DNA from: Catajapyx aquilonaris
Taxonomy: Eukaryota
Direction: 5' to 3'
DNA length: 64,000 nucleotides
Assembly (NCBI GenBank): GCA_000934665.2
Contig: KZ538244.1
Coordinates: 1 to 64,000 of the forward strand
Shown: positions 39,557-53,335 of the stretch, one piece after another
Layout of the letters: each line of letters opens with the position of its first letter
Position numbering within the stretch: the stretch's first letter is position 1
Made by a program: the position numbers and the translations under genes
The notes under the pieces: model-generated
Database searches by the model: none
Told to the model about the DNA's origin: nothing
Seen by the model: the letters and a program-made list of their open reading frames with translations, nothing else

Positions 39557-42500
39557 TACAGTCGACTGGGGTATAGGCCCAGGCTGCATCAGATACATGC
39601 ACCATTCCGGAGGCAGAGTCGTTCGACTGATCCAGTGATGGAAGGCCCTTTCCTGGCCGGATGAAACGCCAGCTCCGGAGTTTATCCTATAGGGAAAGTT
39701 GCGCCCTGGCCTTTGCGAGGAAGCGGCTCTAATAGGATCGAACGGTATCGAAGGAGGCCCAGAAGCCATCATGGCAGCTTCCTTCCCATCAGCTCAGGGT
39801 TGGACCTGGCCCATCTCACTTTCCGACCCTCTTCCATCACTCCCTTCTGCTGCATAGCCTGCTGCACCCTAGACCTCTCTCTCATCTCTTATTGCTGGAG
39901 GTCAAGGAGGATGCTTCGCCTGTTCCCCATGGGCAAATTTGTACCTTTCTCCTTCGACAATCCCCGGAGCACACTACCACTTCTCTGCTGTGTGCGGAAA
40001 CGAGGAAACAATGTTCATTATAGACAAAGTGTAAACAACCAGACAAGGCTCGGGTGGAAAGGACAATGATATCGTTTGTCTCTCTGTTTCCAGAGGACCC
40101 GGTGCATAATGCAAGGCTGCATGCGCAGAGAGTGTCTGTGTGTTTCTCTCTGGGTGTCTGTCTTTATCCTCTCAACCTGTGGATATGATACAGGCGTGGT
40201 CCTAAACCCTGTTCTTATTGATCGTGGAAAAGGGGCAGCAGCAAGAGTGGTCGATGAGTCGTGTGCGGACCACTTGGGGACGCGCATCCTTTCCCTATCT
40301 TCCTTTACCCCACCGCTCTTTCTCCCTCCATAAGTGTCCCTCGACACCAATTCAACACTGCAGGACTCCCCGGGATTTTGCCCACACACCAAAGCGCGAA
40401 TTTGTCTTTTCCAACCTATTTTTCCTTTTCCTGGTTCCAGCAGAGAAGAAGTGCTGGACCTGGACAATCAATTCCCGGTTAGGCCTCGCTCTCTTTTCAA
40501 ACCCGGTTGCTGTACAGGGGCAACACCGATAAGAACCGGTTGTAATAATTATGCGAAAGATTAGAGGGGGCGGTTTTGTAGGAGTCAGTGGGGACCAACC
40601 TTTGACCGCGCGTAATGTCACGGGGCAGGCCTCGAAATGGAATTAGCGAGTGTGCATAACCCATTTAGAGCGTGTTACACAAATGCAAAAAAAAAAAAAA
40701 CTGGAATGACGAGGGCTGTTTTGGTAATCGGATGTAACTCGATTGAATCTGGATTGTGGCGGTGACACAGGATTCCTGGCGGCTCGGTGTAGCAGAGTAT
40801 GGCTGCTGCTCTGAATCCAGACTGCGGCACGCTCGTTTGTCCCAATATTATTTTCATTAGAATTCCCAAGATTAATGGCTTTTGTACGGCACCAAAGACA
40901 TATTGCTGCGCTTGTAAACTGCATGATCCTTTCCACACAAATTACATTGGCTGTTGTTGTTGTTGTTGGGATTTATAGCGATCCTTGCTCTCTTCTTGCT
41001 CCGTCAGCTATAGGCCTATAGGTGTTTATGAAAACGAAAGAAAAGTGAATGTCAAGAGAGACGGAAAGTCTATTGAGTGACTGGTCCCCCACCCTCTTTT
41101 TGGACTATGGAGAGATGGAAAAAAAATTGGAAGGGGGAAGAAGTAATATTTGAAGGCTGTGTGTCAGCACGCAGGCAGCGAATGCCAATTCTTCTCCTGA
41201 AGGCTCTCGCTGCAGCACACGCAGCAGAATATACTCCTTGAAACCCATACTATGTGCAGTAGCCTAATTGCTGTTACAACGCGCAAGTGAAACTAATAAC
41301 TTTATTGCAATGATTTAGCGCAACAAAATTTTCGGAAGGGTATATCTCTATGGGAAGGAAAGCGGGCCAATCTATATGGGGGGAATTGGATCATAATGAA
41401 GAAACCCATCAGCAGAGCTTTTTCCCTCCCTGGCTAGTGTTTCATCCGGAAGCAATACCTCATTAGTTGGTTGAGGCTCAGATATCCCGCGTGCGGCTTA
41501 TCCTCTAGCTTCGTTAGGCTATAGGTGCAAAGCTGATGCTGGGCTATGTTTTCGCCAGATGAGGGAAAGGCACACCTTTCGCGTGCTTTCAAAGTATTAG
41601 GTTTTTACACTTCAAGTAATAGCTTTTCTTGGTGGAATTAGCCTCTTTAAAAATGCGCTTCCTGTAATTTGAGATGTTCTTGAATTTTGCCCTTCAAGAA
41701 CCCTCCGGGACGAAATGCTGTAGTTGTATCAGAATAAATATGAAATATAAATTAGACTTTATTTATGGAATAGTTTTTCCTCAAACTTTGTTAAGCTTTG
41801 AAAAGTATGCTCCTACCTGGAAAATGAATTATGACTTTTGATTATGTGTAACGTTACTACCGGAAATGGCTAATCATGCTGATATTGTCACCATTGTAAC
41901 CTACTATGTACTACTACCTGTATCCACAAAAATTTCTGGAACAATATACGCTAACATTAGTAATTCTGTTGCAACATTTTGCGCAATTATGTTCAGGTTT
42001 TTGGCATGCACAGTTGTTGTTGTTATCCCATTAATGCCCAGTTAAAACTCGATGGAAAATGACTTTTGAAGTACAACTTCTGGTCGACAACAACACATAG
42101 CCAGATAACGAGAGAGCGAGTATTCCTCCTACCTGCTGGCTGCAATAATTGGGTGCACTAGCAATAGTGCGTGTTCACTTCTCTGCACCTAATAATAATT
42201 ATTCCCGGAAGGGCGGGGGGATTTAAATTTGAATGGGTCGCCGGCGCCTGATTTAAAGCGGAACGCGCTTAATTTTATTATCAAATCTACAGCGCTGCGA
42301 TAAGCTTAATTACTTATGACAATGTGGTAGTTGCATTCGGACTATCTGGTTTATTTATAGGCACGAGTGGGCCTGATATTCCCCAGCAATTAGAGCGGAA
42401 GGAAGTAATTTAATTTTTACAGGCCGAGTTAATTCGGCCCACGCCCCATGCAGATGCCACTTTTCAAATGCTAATGCGTCATTGCCACCAATGATCTCTT

Positions 42501-45499
42501 CTTCCTTGGCTTCTCCAACAGCAGCTATGCCAGCAGGGAACGTGCAATAAGCAATGGTTGGCAGCAGAAGGATTAGTCTTTTCCATCAACGGCTGTGAAA
42601 AGGAGCAAAAGCACAAAGAAGCCTCTTTGTGGTCCTCTCGACCGCCTCGGTTCCAAAAGCAGCAGGTCTCTTCTGGGACGGACACTTGAGGAAGAGACAC
42701 TTGTTGAATGGAGAAGGTCGGTGCGATTGCGTCACAGGTATACCACTGAGAGAACCTGTTGAACTGTGCCAAAAAACCTGCTGGGTTGACTAAGATGACA
42801 AGTTGAGAGAGATGTGCAGTTTCGATTGCGCCATTATTACATCGGATTTTTATACAAAAGGTTCGGAGCCATTGTGAGCCCCCTTTTTGGGTCCAAGGTC
42901 GGACCGACCCCACGGTTACATTGGGCACGAATTCGCTACCGCTACACGCGATTATTGACTGAAAACTCTCCATCCAGGCTTTTGGGCACGTAATACGTCC
43001 AGCCTATTTTCTTTGAAAAATGACAAAGTTAGCTGAGTCCTGATGTATCCAACAAAATGTGTGACTTATCCGCCATCTCGCAGCCGGAGTACACATTGTG
43101 GCAGCCTAGTGAAGCGCACTGAGCCATTGTTTGAAGAAGCGCAGCTCTCTTTCGGTCCCAGTCCAATGGAGATGTTTGCTGACCCGCGACGGCCTGCTGC
43201 TATTATCGCGAATCCTCACATGCAAACGAATGGAACAATAGCAACTAGCACGTACCTCACTACTTAGCTTGTTATTCGGATGAGCTGATAAGACAGACAT
43301 TAAATCTGAGTTGTGGCCGACCAAGGAGCATTGTTCTTGAAGCCTGCAAGATCAGTCTAGTGTGAACCCCCTGATAGTCTTATCGACTACCAAAGACTGA
43401 ATTGGACCCTTTTTCCGAGCAGACTGGGTTTCCGGCCTGCACGTTTCGTATTGAATGCATTTTCGGCCACTCAACCTGCTAACCTCCGCCAGCCTTTTGC
43501 TTCTTTACTCTTTTACTCTGCCTCATCCAATCAAACTCCAGGTAATTCAATTGGCCAGCTTGATAAAGAAAGAGCGCCGTCGATGCACACACGCCAGCAG
43601 CAGGTGGACTCCGCTCGTTTGTGCGACACCAGGGAATTAACACTCTCCTGGATATACTAGGACCAGCCCTTTGCATAAAACCGACACGTGAAAAGCAATT
43701 TCTAATGAAACTTTACGATGGCGCCTAAAATGAGAATTATCGAAACAAGGAAGTTTAGCCACGACCTTTTTGAATGCAGAGAGTATATCTGGTCGAGACC
43801 TTTGGTATATTGCTGTATTTCTTGGCGACGAAGTTCAATCTAGCCTGGAGGGAAGAAAAGAAGGGAAAGAAGGCAGTATATCGAGGAGATGAAACTCAGT
43901 CGCTGATGCCTTTCGATCTGGAAAATTGTGCCTCTTCCTCTCTCTCACCTACATATATATCGGAGGGAAAATCCTTGGCGAAATATGATTCTGGGTGCGA
44001 GACCTTCCACAGTAGAAAAGTATTCAAGTTTTTCTTAGTCAAGGTTTGTTGGAAAGTGAGAAGGAAGTTGTTCCTTTTGGTCTAACCTGCTTATGCATTT
44101 TTGATGTAATGACAGCAACTTGAGAATGCGGCGGGAGATACTACGTCTTGGCTGCTTAGCTCCCGAAATATTGCGTACTCCAGCACACAGTTTCCAGCCT
44201 TCCTTCATTTTGATATCTCGGGGAGCGACCCAAATATAGATCATGTTTTATGCAAACAAAAATATAGAGGCAAAAAATATATATGCCCCTGATAAGAAGC
44301 AGATTCCATGAAACGTGAAATACGGCGCAATAAGACTCATAATATTCTCGCCGCTTGTTTTATGACCTCAATATTGCCCTTCTACCGACACGAGCCTCTC
44401 GCCAAAAGAGGATGAACTTGCAAATGTATGTCGCCTCGCCTAGAACTGAACACGTGCACCGTATATCACGAGACGTGTGCCATTAAGGAGCTTTACGTTG
44501 AAAGCCCTGCAGCTCCAAATCAAGTGAATCTGAACAATTTTTGACTCCATACCCAGGATTTCCAGGCCCATTTTTACTCCCATCCAATAATCCTATAAGC
44601 AATCTCTCATCCGATGGCACAGGCAATGCTTCAATGAACTATAATTGGACGGAATATTCCAGCACCTGCGTTTATCTTCGAAATACCTCCGGCACTCTAT
44701 TTTATAATATGAAGAGAGATATTTGAGTAATCAGGGTTCGATTCATCGGTCTGTGGTATCAGAATTTATGGCAGGTATAGGGAAGCCGGTACAAAAAAGT
44801 GGCAATTATTCCGGATTAGGTGGGCGTCCAGAGACAAGCTGCACTCGTAATGATAACGGCGCCATGGATTACCCGAGTGTCCGTGATTAAAAGGAATGTT
44901 CCCTGGCAATTGGTGATGCAGCAGTTAGCAATTACAGCGTGGGCAGGGAGGGATTGGACCTCATAACACTACGAATGTGAGCTATCACCATGGCTGTAGG
45001 GGGCCCGAATTGTCCTTGCCATTCAAGTAGGTTGGCAGCACTACACCGGTACCATACCCAGATTTGCAGATAGAGTGGCCGTGTATAGAGGGCACAAGAG
45101 GGGCCGCGATATTGGGACCGATTGGAGGGGTCCAAAAAACTGCACAAAAAAAATGGTACAGCTCATCGGCGCGATAACTAAGTGAGATTGGGGGGCTCGA
45201 ATCACGCGGATCCACTTTTTAATGCGCCGTTATGCTCGCCATTTTTCACTAGTCGGCGATTGTCCCTCAGGCCTGGAAGCGGTCAAGTGCCATTCCGCTA
45301 TGAAGAGATGTGGGACGCTCCAATCCACGCCTGCTGCCTCTCGTTAATATCCGCAATCCCCGACCCCTTTTATACCTACCAGCTTCCTCTGATCCAAAAT
45401 ATTTCACCTACCTGCACGTGTATGTCCTCTTGCTTAGCTAAAAACAAACAAAAGAAACCCAAAGAGACCCAAGGACCATGCAATAAAAACAGTACAGAA

Positions 45500-48400
45500 G
45501 TGCTTAAAAATATCTTTTATTGCTTTCATGAGCTAATGTGATTATAATAATAAACGGAATGTCATGATTAATGTAATAAGTTAAATAGCAGAAAAAGTAT
45601 TGCCATAAACCCGGCCGTATAATCTATAAAGGTACCAAGTATTAAGACCACAATAACCAATAGAAAATTTTTGCAAGTCCCTTAAGCACTTGCAGTAGCA
45701 CACAAGTACTTTCACACTCCATTCATTGCCTGCTTATCACGAGTATAAATCACCCAATTATGGCAGTTTATTGCGAAACGGCTTTGGAAGGATTCGGAGT
45801 CTTGGTTTCAGTATTGCTATAAGACGTTGCCGCGGCCAACTTATTCTCACTCTTCTCTTGGCCTGACAACAGTTTCATTCTTCATATTATTACCATCGTT
45901 ATATTAAGTCATTGTTACTCTTTCTGTCCCATTTTTTCTCTCTTGAAATTTTCCGAGGATTTGACAAAAATTCACTAATGGTAGCGACGAAAGGAGCAAA
46001 ACCAGAGGCTTCTGGCAATCTCCTTTGGTCGATGGCCGGGCATATTTGCATTCGTTTTTCTTCCATATTTTTTGTGTGTTCGACCGGATTTTTGTTTGAT
46101 TCTCTTGTATTTTTGTCTTGTCATACCAAATTGGAAATGAGGCGAAAATGTAGAGGGCCACTGAGGGTGAAATTAGTACACACTAGGCGAACCAACCCGC
46201 GGTTTTCCGGGAACAAAGAAACTAGCAAAAGACCAGGGAGCAAGTAAAGAAAGCTACAGACGGGCAGAACAAATATACACAGTGAAAGATGTAATATACA
46301 TGTTGTCTCCCAGTCGACCGACATGAACCCCCCCATATTTTTATGTAGGTTTTTTTTTTGAAAAGTACATTTTTCCGACCCCTTCAATGGATGAAGAGAA
46401 GGTGTTGCTCCTCCCAAGGCCAATGAAGCATTTTGATGTGTGATGAGGTGGGAGGGAATGAAGCTGATGGAGGGAAGGGGGGGGGGGAAGGCGGGGGAGA
46501 GAAGAATAATTTATTATTAACATGAGCTATGAGTGCGACACTACAGAGAGGTACAGTATAGCAGACAGAGAGTTAGGTTGAGGTTGGCAGTGTGCGGTGG
46601 AGACGCTTCTTTTGGTGGCCCATTTTCTCGCCACTAAACACTTTTTGAGCAAAATGGCGGGGATGGAGACCAGCTACAGGGGGGGAGATGAACTTTTTGA
46701 GACTTCATTTTTCTAAAAATGTTCGGATATTTTTTTGTGTGTGTAGAGAAGGAAGGAAGAGTTGGAGTCTAGTTGTCGCGTACCCCTCAGAATATCAAAT
46801 CGGTCCGATTAATAATCTTTCATTTTTTTTCTCTCTCTCTCAGCAAAATAGTCCTCGCTTACAAAATTATGCCAGAAATCTCACAGCCACCTTCGCTTCT
46901 GAGGAGCACACTACGACAACCGCTTTCTTGCTCATTTTTTTGTTTGCCTGCTTTGAAAAAGAGTACGGTTTTCTTCCATGTCAATAAACCTATGGAATTT
47001 GAGTTGCAAATCGGCCACTTTGTACATATTGCTTCTCTTGTGGGAGACGAGAGCGACAGATGACAAGCAAAGAAGAAAATAAAACATGAGCATGAATAGG
47101 ACACGCGATACAACATTTTTTTCTTTTTTCGTGTTTTGTCAATTCCTAGTGGAATGGCCTTGTACAAATGTATACTCAGCTAGTTGGAAGTGCGACACAA
47201 AAACCAAGGCCTACGGATTACCATTATGAGTAGTAGTATTTACTTTGTTCTCCAAACACACAGTACGTAGTGTTAAACCAACAGACAGATCCATTTTAAA
47301 ACAAAGCGACATATTACGAGTTCATGTCTCTTCTTTTTCTCATGCTTCGAGAATATTTCGTGTGTGCTGCTTATTTGGTGTAGTTATTTTCGGATTCATG
47401 TTACTAATCTCCAAGAATGATCGTCGATTAAAGTATCGAGTGTCTTCTCATGCTGCACGGATATAAAATGTTCCTAGTCATTAATGCCGGCTCGTATTAT
47501 TAAAAAGCGATTAAGTCAATCAATTTGTTCATACCCCACCGTTGCCGTCGTCTCAGTTTGCGTTGTTTAGACACGACACTCATCGACGATAATTCTCTCA
47601 AGGAGCTGCTTGAACCACGAATTTTTTTCCATTCAAAAGTAGTTATAAATCTGGTGAGAACTGACTCGTCTTATGTACGCAATCGTAACAAGATGCTTAT
47701 TCGATAAACAAGAAAGACTTAACGTAATGACAGAATGAACAGACACCAGTGTGGGACCTATTTTGCAGATACCAACAGGTAAAAACGCACGACTTGGTAT
47801 ATGAAAACTCCGGGGACACAAAGTTACAGCGATTATTGCAATACCTGCTTATTCGATCGGTAGTGTACCAACAAAAAAACGTTACAAACATTATAGTAAC
47901 TCTTTTTTCAACGTTTTTTTTCCTCTTTCCAAAGCCCATGACGATGAGACAAATAAATAATGATGCGCATTACAGAAGTACTTTACTACACAACTCACAG
48001 ACGTGCTCCCTCCACGGGGAAGCTGCATTTTTTTTTGGTGTTGGTTTTATGTATTTTTCCACCCAGGAAAACGAGGCGCAGGCTTTCTCTGGGCCTCAGG
48101 CTCGCCTTCTTCTTCATCATTATTAGTAGTTTTTTTTTAAATATCATTAATATTATTTTGGGCTACTATAACTAGCACACACCTGAGAAACAGCACGACA
48201 CCCCGAGTCAGCCGCCAGTCTCAGCGACCAAGTCTCACATCTAGACTAATTTTAATCTGCTGTGACAATTCAACATCACAGGTTGTACAGGGAATAAAAC
48301 GTGCATAGCAAATGGGTAGTGATGGTGAATGTTACTGTAGGTCGCCGTTTGCCCCACATTTTTGTCTTCATTACAAACGCGCTTATATTCTAGTGCCTCT

Positions 48401-51400
48401 GTTTTTATTCATTAATTTATTAATTTTTCAAAAAAAAAAAACGCAAACCATGATGTAGATGTTGGTGTTGCAGCCGCGTATTTCCTCCGTACAAACGAGA
48501 AAAAAAAGAGAGAGTCGCTCATCCTGTTTCCTACATCTTCCATACAAAAATAATCCTACATCATGGTTTTTTTTTTTCTCATTCTTCTCTTTTTTGGGTT
48601 ATTCCTCGACTTTTCTTTCTTTCCTCTTCTTTTTCAGGATATTGTACAATGATCGATAATGATTTTTGGTCGTTCGCGGATATTGATTGAAAGGGCCAAT
48701 GGAAAAACAGCGCCTCAGACTAGCCTACGCTTTTTTGAGGGGTCGGGACGACTAACAGAACAGTCTGTCATGAAACATCACATGCAGGATTCTATTGCTT
48801 TCGTTGCTAATCCCCTACGGACAACCAGCTGCCATCTTTTCTGCCATCTCGTTCCTGTTGTCCTCGTTTCAGGAAAACTTGGCGGAAGGAATGGTTGGGT
48901 AGGGATTGGATGGATGGATGGATGGGTTGGGGATGAGGTAGGGATGGTAGGATGGGGGTAGTTGGTTGCCTTGTTTACGAATTTGGCGTCTCTCCCGTTT
49001 AATTAGTCGTGTCGGGCATGACAAGTCGTTTCTCTGCCAAATCAACTTGCCATAAAGCGGTGCGGCATCCGCTGCCAAATTATACACTTTCTCTCTCTCT
49101 CTCTCTCTCCCTCCCCCGCCTCCCTGTTTTTTGGTAAGGTCTTGAACCCACACTTCTCTTGTGTCATTTATAAATAATGAAGCGGTGCCAAAACCAGCCC
49201 ATTACAGTGAGTGGAGGAATCGCGTGTAATGAAGCTTACTTTGTTGGAAGATTATTTTGACGAGGTACTGTGTCTGGGAGCAGACACAAGGCAACCATGA
49301 GGCAGACATTCGGTAAAAAGTTACTAGTGTTTACAGGCCGAGGGGAACAGAAGGCAGCCTTGCGTGTTTATGCTCTTTCCTCGCTTCTAAAAACTTGTAC
49401 AAAAAAAGTACGTACTCTTACACTGGAAAACGTTGCTCACAGTTTGCATTAGAACCAAGAGGTTGTCTTTTTTCTCTCTTTTTGGGTAAAAAGGCCAACA
49501 CACCTGCCACGAATAGTCACATCATGACGCATAACAACGTCGTAAGCTACAAACCCAAATGGTGCAGCAGATGAATAACACTCAACATCTTGAACAATTA
49601 GAAAAAAACAAGCTTGTGTCAATTGCTTACAATTAGTATTTTTTATTACTCCCCAAGTATATTATTACTTCTTTTTTTTAAATACTCCTTCTTCGTCAAC
49701 ATGAAAATCTTTTACATTTCTTTAAAGTAATTGGACTGCGTGTGTATTGCTTGTCGGTTGAGTAGGAAAGTTTCGTATTGCTCATTGCGCCAGAGGTAAT
49801 GCTAGATGACTGACCCACAAAAAAGACGGCAAACACACAAACAAACAAAGCCACGTATGGCCCACGCCGGCAAATCGAGGCCGGTACTCGCCGGCCTCAT
49901 TGACATCGTGGTCTACAACAGAACAATGTAGAAAACGGCAAAGGGGTCAAAGGGACACGAACCTTCCCGCCGGCGTCATTTTATATGGATGGGGGTAGTG
50001 GTAGGGTGTGCAGTGGGTTGGATGGGGAGGGGTATTATAGTGTATGGCCCAATCAACAAATTCCATTTAGAGGATGGCATGGGTAGGGTAATATTATGGA
50101 GGTATGTGCATGGAGAAAAGGGTGTGGCGGGAAGATGACACCATCATATTGATTTCCATTGTGGTCCACGAGGTTGCATACGGCGATAATTATTATCATT
50201 TATTACTATCATTTATTACTATCGTTATCATTATTATTATTATTTTCCCTTAGGAAGGAAGCGTGGTGGCTGCAAAGAAGCACTTCGATTGCATGTCCCG
50301 TGTGTCGGTTTCAAAAGAAAAGACTATCAGTGCTGCCGCCGCCGCCGCCCTTTGATCCCTTGCTCGCCAACCAATCATGTTATTGTAGGTACGCCTAAAA
50401 TTGTATCACACGCACTCGACTGACTGACTCCACTACACACATTTGCCACTGAGTCACACCTGCGAAAAACAACAAAAAAGCTCTTGAACTAAGTTAATCC
50501 TGCACGCCTAATTATTTTTCGTTGTTCTCTCGATTATGCTGAAAGGAGCAGAAGCAAAAAACAGCCAAGCTAAAACAAAATGCCCGAAACGCGATTACCC
50601 GAAGTCTTGTCCTGCATCGGAGGGAAAGACCTCGGAAATGGCCGTTTTGTTTAAAAAACCATACGAAAAATGGAGAGAAAGAGAGCTATATGTGAGATGA
50701 GATGTGAGGAAATAATCGTCGCGAATCGGTGGCCGGAGAATAAAATAATAATAATAAAGAACGAGTTGCACAGACGCGTGAAATGATTTCCAAGAAGCAG
50801 CTTCTGCGACGACTTTTGGCTGGAACCGATTAATAATGTACAAGGCGCTTGGAAGGGAGACCTCAGCACGGCTAGACTACACGCCCAATAATAATAATTA
50901 ATATTAATAATCGGAGAGGCGATTAGCTGAGAGCAACCCGGGCTTGCTCCTGCATCTTTGAACACCCCCGTCAAAATTAGGCTGCGATCAGCCATACCCC
51001 ATATCCTGTACAGTGAGTGGTCGCAAGGTTGCATATATTGTACGGAAGTTGACCGGTCAGCAACCGGTTTCTCTGCCGGTTCGATAGTTGCACATACTCG
51101 AGTTTAGGAATCGATGTGGGTATTGAGTAGAATCAGTTGGCTTTTGTGAGGAGAGGCAGGGGGGGCCGGGGGTGGTTGCCTATTGCTTCCACTTTATTAT
51201 GCGCGGTGCCGTCTGAGAAGCGGTTCCTAATGAAATAAAGTGGGAGCGGAGGGTGTGCTCCTTTATCGGATATCCATAGCCACAAGCGGTAGCAGCACGG
51301 CCTTTCGTGCGGCACCAGGAGCCTCATCTCTCCTTCTTCGATCAAACTACCAGCTCCTAGCTACATACGTTGCTAAGGCTCATTCCGTACACTCCGGTCG

Positions 51401-52292
51401 GTCCGTCGGACGAGCTGCCCCCTGAAGATCCCACTGAGCAACAAGTGATTTACATTTGCTTCCAATTTGTACTCTGCGATTAAGGCGGATCGTGCGATTC
51501 TTCTGATGCCTACTGCTGCTTTTCGGTACCTAGATGACATGCGTTCAAATAGGGTTTAGCTGCGTCCTCGTTCGATTTGTCCGGAGTGAACAAAAACAAC
51601 GATACCAACTAATTTAAATGAATAGCAAACGTGGTGTCGATTGACTACAAAGGCACATCTACCACCGCTTATTATTTTTGCACTCGACTGGCTTTTTGTT
51701 TTTTTCCCCCCCTCTCCGATGCTTGGTTTCTTCCTGACTGCCGCCATTCATTTCATTACATCAAAGGCCATAAGTTGCCGAGCTACAGAAGCTGCTTCTT
51801 TCTTTGGTATGTGATTTGTATTGTGGGCATGGTCGTGTCCACAGGAGGTTTTCTTCTTTTTTCTGATTCGCGACACGCGACGGAAGTCTTAGTCAAGGTG
51901 ACGTTTATTTATTATTGCCTCAGTAGTATAGGGAGATTGACTTGAAGTGTTTTCATACCGCGAATGCACGCCCTGTATAAAGCATTTGATTTCGTTACGA
52001 AATTACTGTAATAATAATATTATCATTATTCTCTGAGAAGCTAGGTTAAAATCTAGTTGGCTAACCCTATGGTACAAAACTTTGTTTGAGCAGCTGTTTC
52101 ATACTCTGGTTAGGAGTATACATACACTTAATGGTTTCTCTTTTTCAACAAGAAATGCTACCGTCGTCATTCTTCCGTGGCGAGTAGTTTAAGTACAGTC
52201 CCCTCCCTCCCTCCCTCCCTCCCCCCTTCCCCCCAACGTATACCCATCCCCCCCCATTTTTCCCTACCCCCCTGTTTTCCCACATTTGTGTC
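45500..52292 (-). other. Putative scratch 3' UTR with alternative poly(A) signals (extent uncertain)
   Basis: Low-complexity sequence downstream of the stop. Minus-strand AATAAA at 51904-51909, 51193-51198, 49642-49647, 48404-48409 and 45516-45521; the last is followed by a GU/U-rich downstream tract (~45490-45440). Confidence 0.35.
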
Positions 52293-53335
52293 CTAGCCTA
52301 GGGCCTTACAGTCTACGGGATTCATTGTTTCCAAATTTTCCTTGTAGCAGGCAGATTCGTAGTGCTTGTTCAAGTAGGACTTGAGGGCGAAGGACTTATT
52401 GCAGTGCTTGCACTTGAAGTGCTTGGCGGCGGAGTGGGTCTGCATGTGCGCTCTCAGGTTGGAGCGATCGGCGAAGGCCTTCCCGCAGTGGGCGCATCCG
52501 TAGGGCTTCTCCCCTGTGTGCGACCTCATGTGGCCCTGGAGGAGCCAGGGCCGAGAGAAGGCCTTGCCGCACATGGAGCACTTGTGGCCCAGGCTGTGCG
52601 TCAGCACGTGCATGGCCAGGGCCGGCATGCTGACGTACGCCTTGCCGCACGTCGTGCACCGCTTGGCCGACCCAGAGTCCAGGCTGCGGTGCGTCTGCTT
52701 GTGCCGGCTCAGGTTCGAAGACGTGGCGTAGTGTTTGCCGCACTCGGAGCACGTGTACCGGGCCTTCCCGCCGCTGACAGACCCGGGGGAACCGCTGCCT
52801 ACTGGGGAGTCCGGCCGGTCGGGGTCCACCGCCTCAGGGAGTATGGGAGACGCCCCTTCCACCGCCGACGCCGCCGATGCTCCCGGTGGCGGAACACTCC
52901 CCGCCGACCCGCCTCGCGGCTTCTTCTTTGAGCGACCATCCGTCACCAGCAGTGCGTCGTAGGTGTATGCCACGGCGGCTGATGGGGGCCGGGACGACCC
53001 CAGGGCGGACCCCAGGGCGGGGCACTCCCCACGCTTGTCCTCGTCCTCGTCCTCGTCTTCGTCCTCCTCCTCTTCCTCCTCTTCGTCGTCGTCTTCATCG
53101 TCTCTGGACTCGTCCTCTCCGGCGGAGGAGGTGACGGGCAGGTTGTTCTCTGCGTCGGAGGAGTAGTCGGAGGCTGGAGGGGTAAGCGGCGTGGCCGAGG
53201 GAGGCGCGGGGCCGAAGCCCAGCGAGGAGACCACCGAGGCGTCGGGAGAGGGCCCACAGCACGTCGTGTAGAGGGCCGCCGCTGCAGCGGAGGACACGGT
53301 CACCTCCGTGGGGGACACCACGGCCGGCATGCCGT
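52293..53335 (-). CDS. scrt: Scratch-family (Snail superfamily) C2H2 zinc-finger transcriptional repressor, terminal coding exon
   Basis: Translation contains the Scratch domain [17 protein letters not shown] (~52921-52970) and five fingers: [90 protein letters not shown] and [22 protein letters not shown] (C2HC). These are diagnostic of Scratch. The exon is strongly GC-rich. Acceptor gtgtccctctcccccag (AG at 53337-53336); stop TAG at 52295-52293. The paralog subclass cannot be assigned without a tree. Confidence 0.96.

Noticed and set aside
46615..46670. TTGAGCAAAAT resembling the 5' end of miR-87 in a weak hairpin
   Set aside because: The rest of the mature sequence does not match and the stem is too short and bulged.
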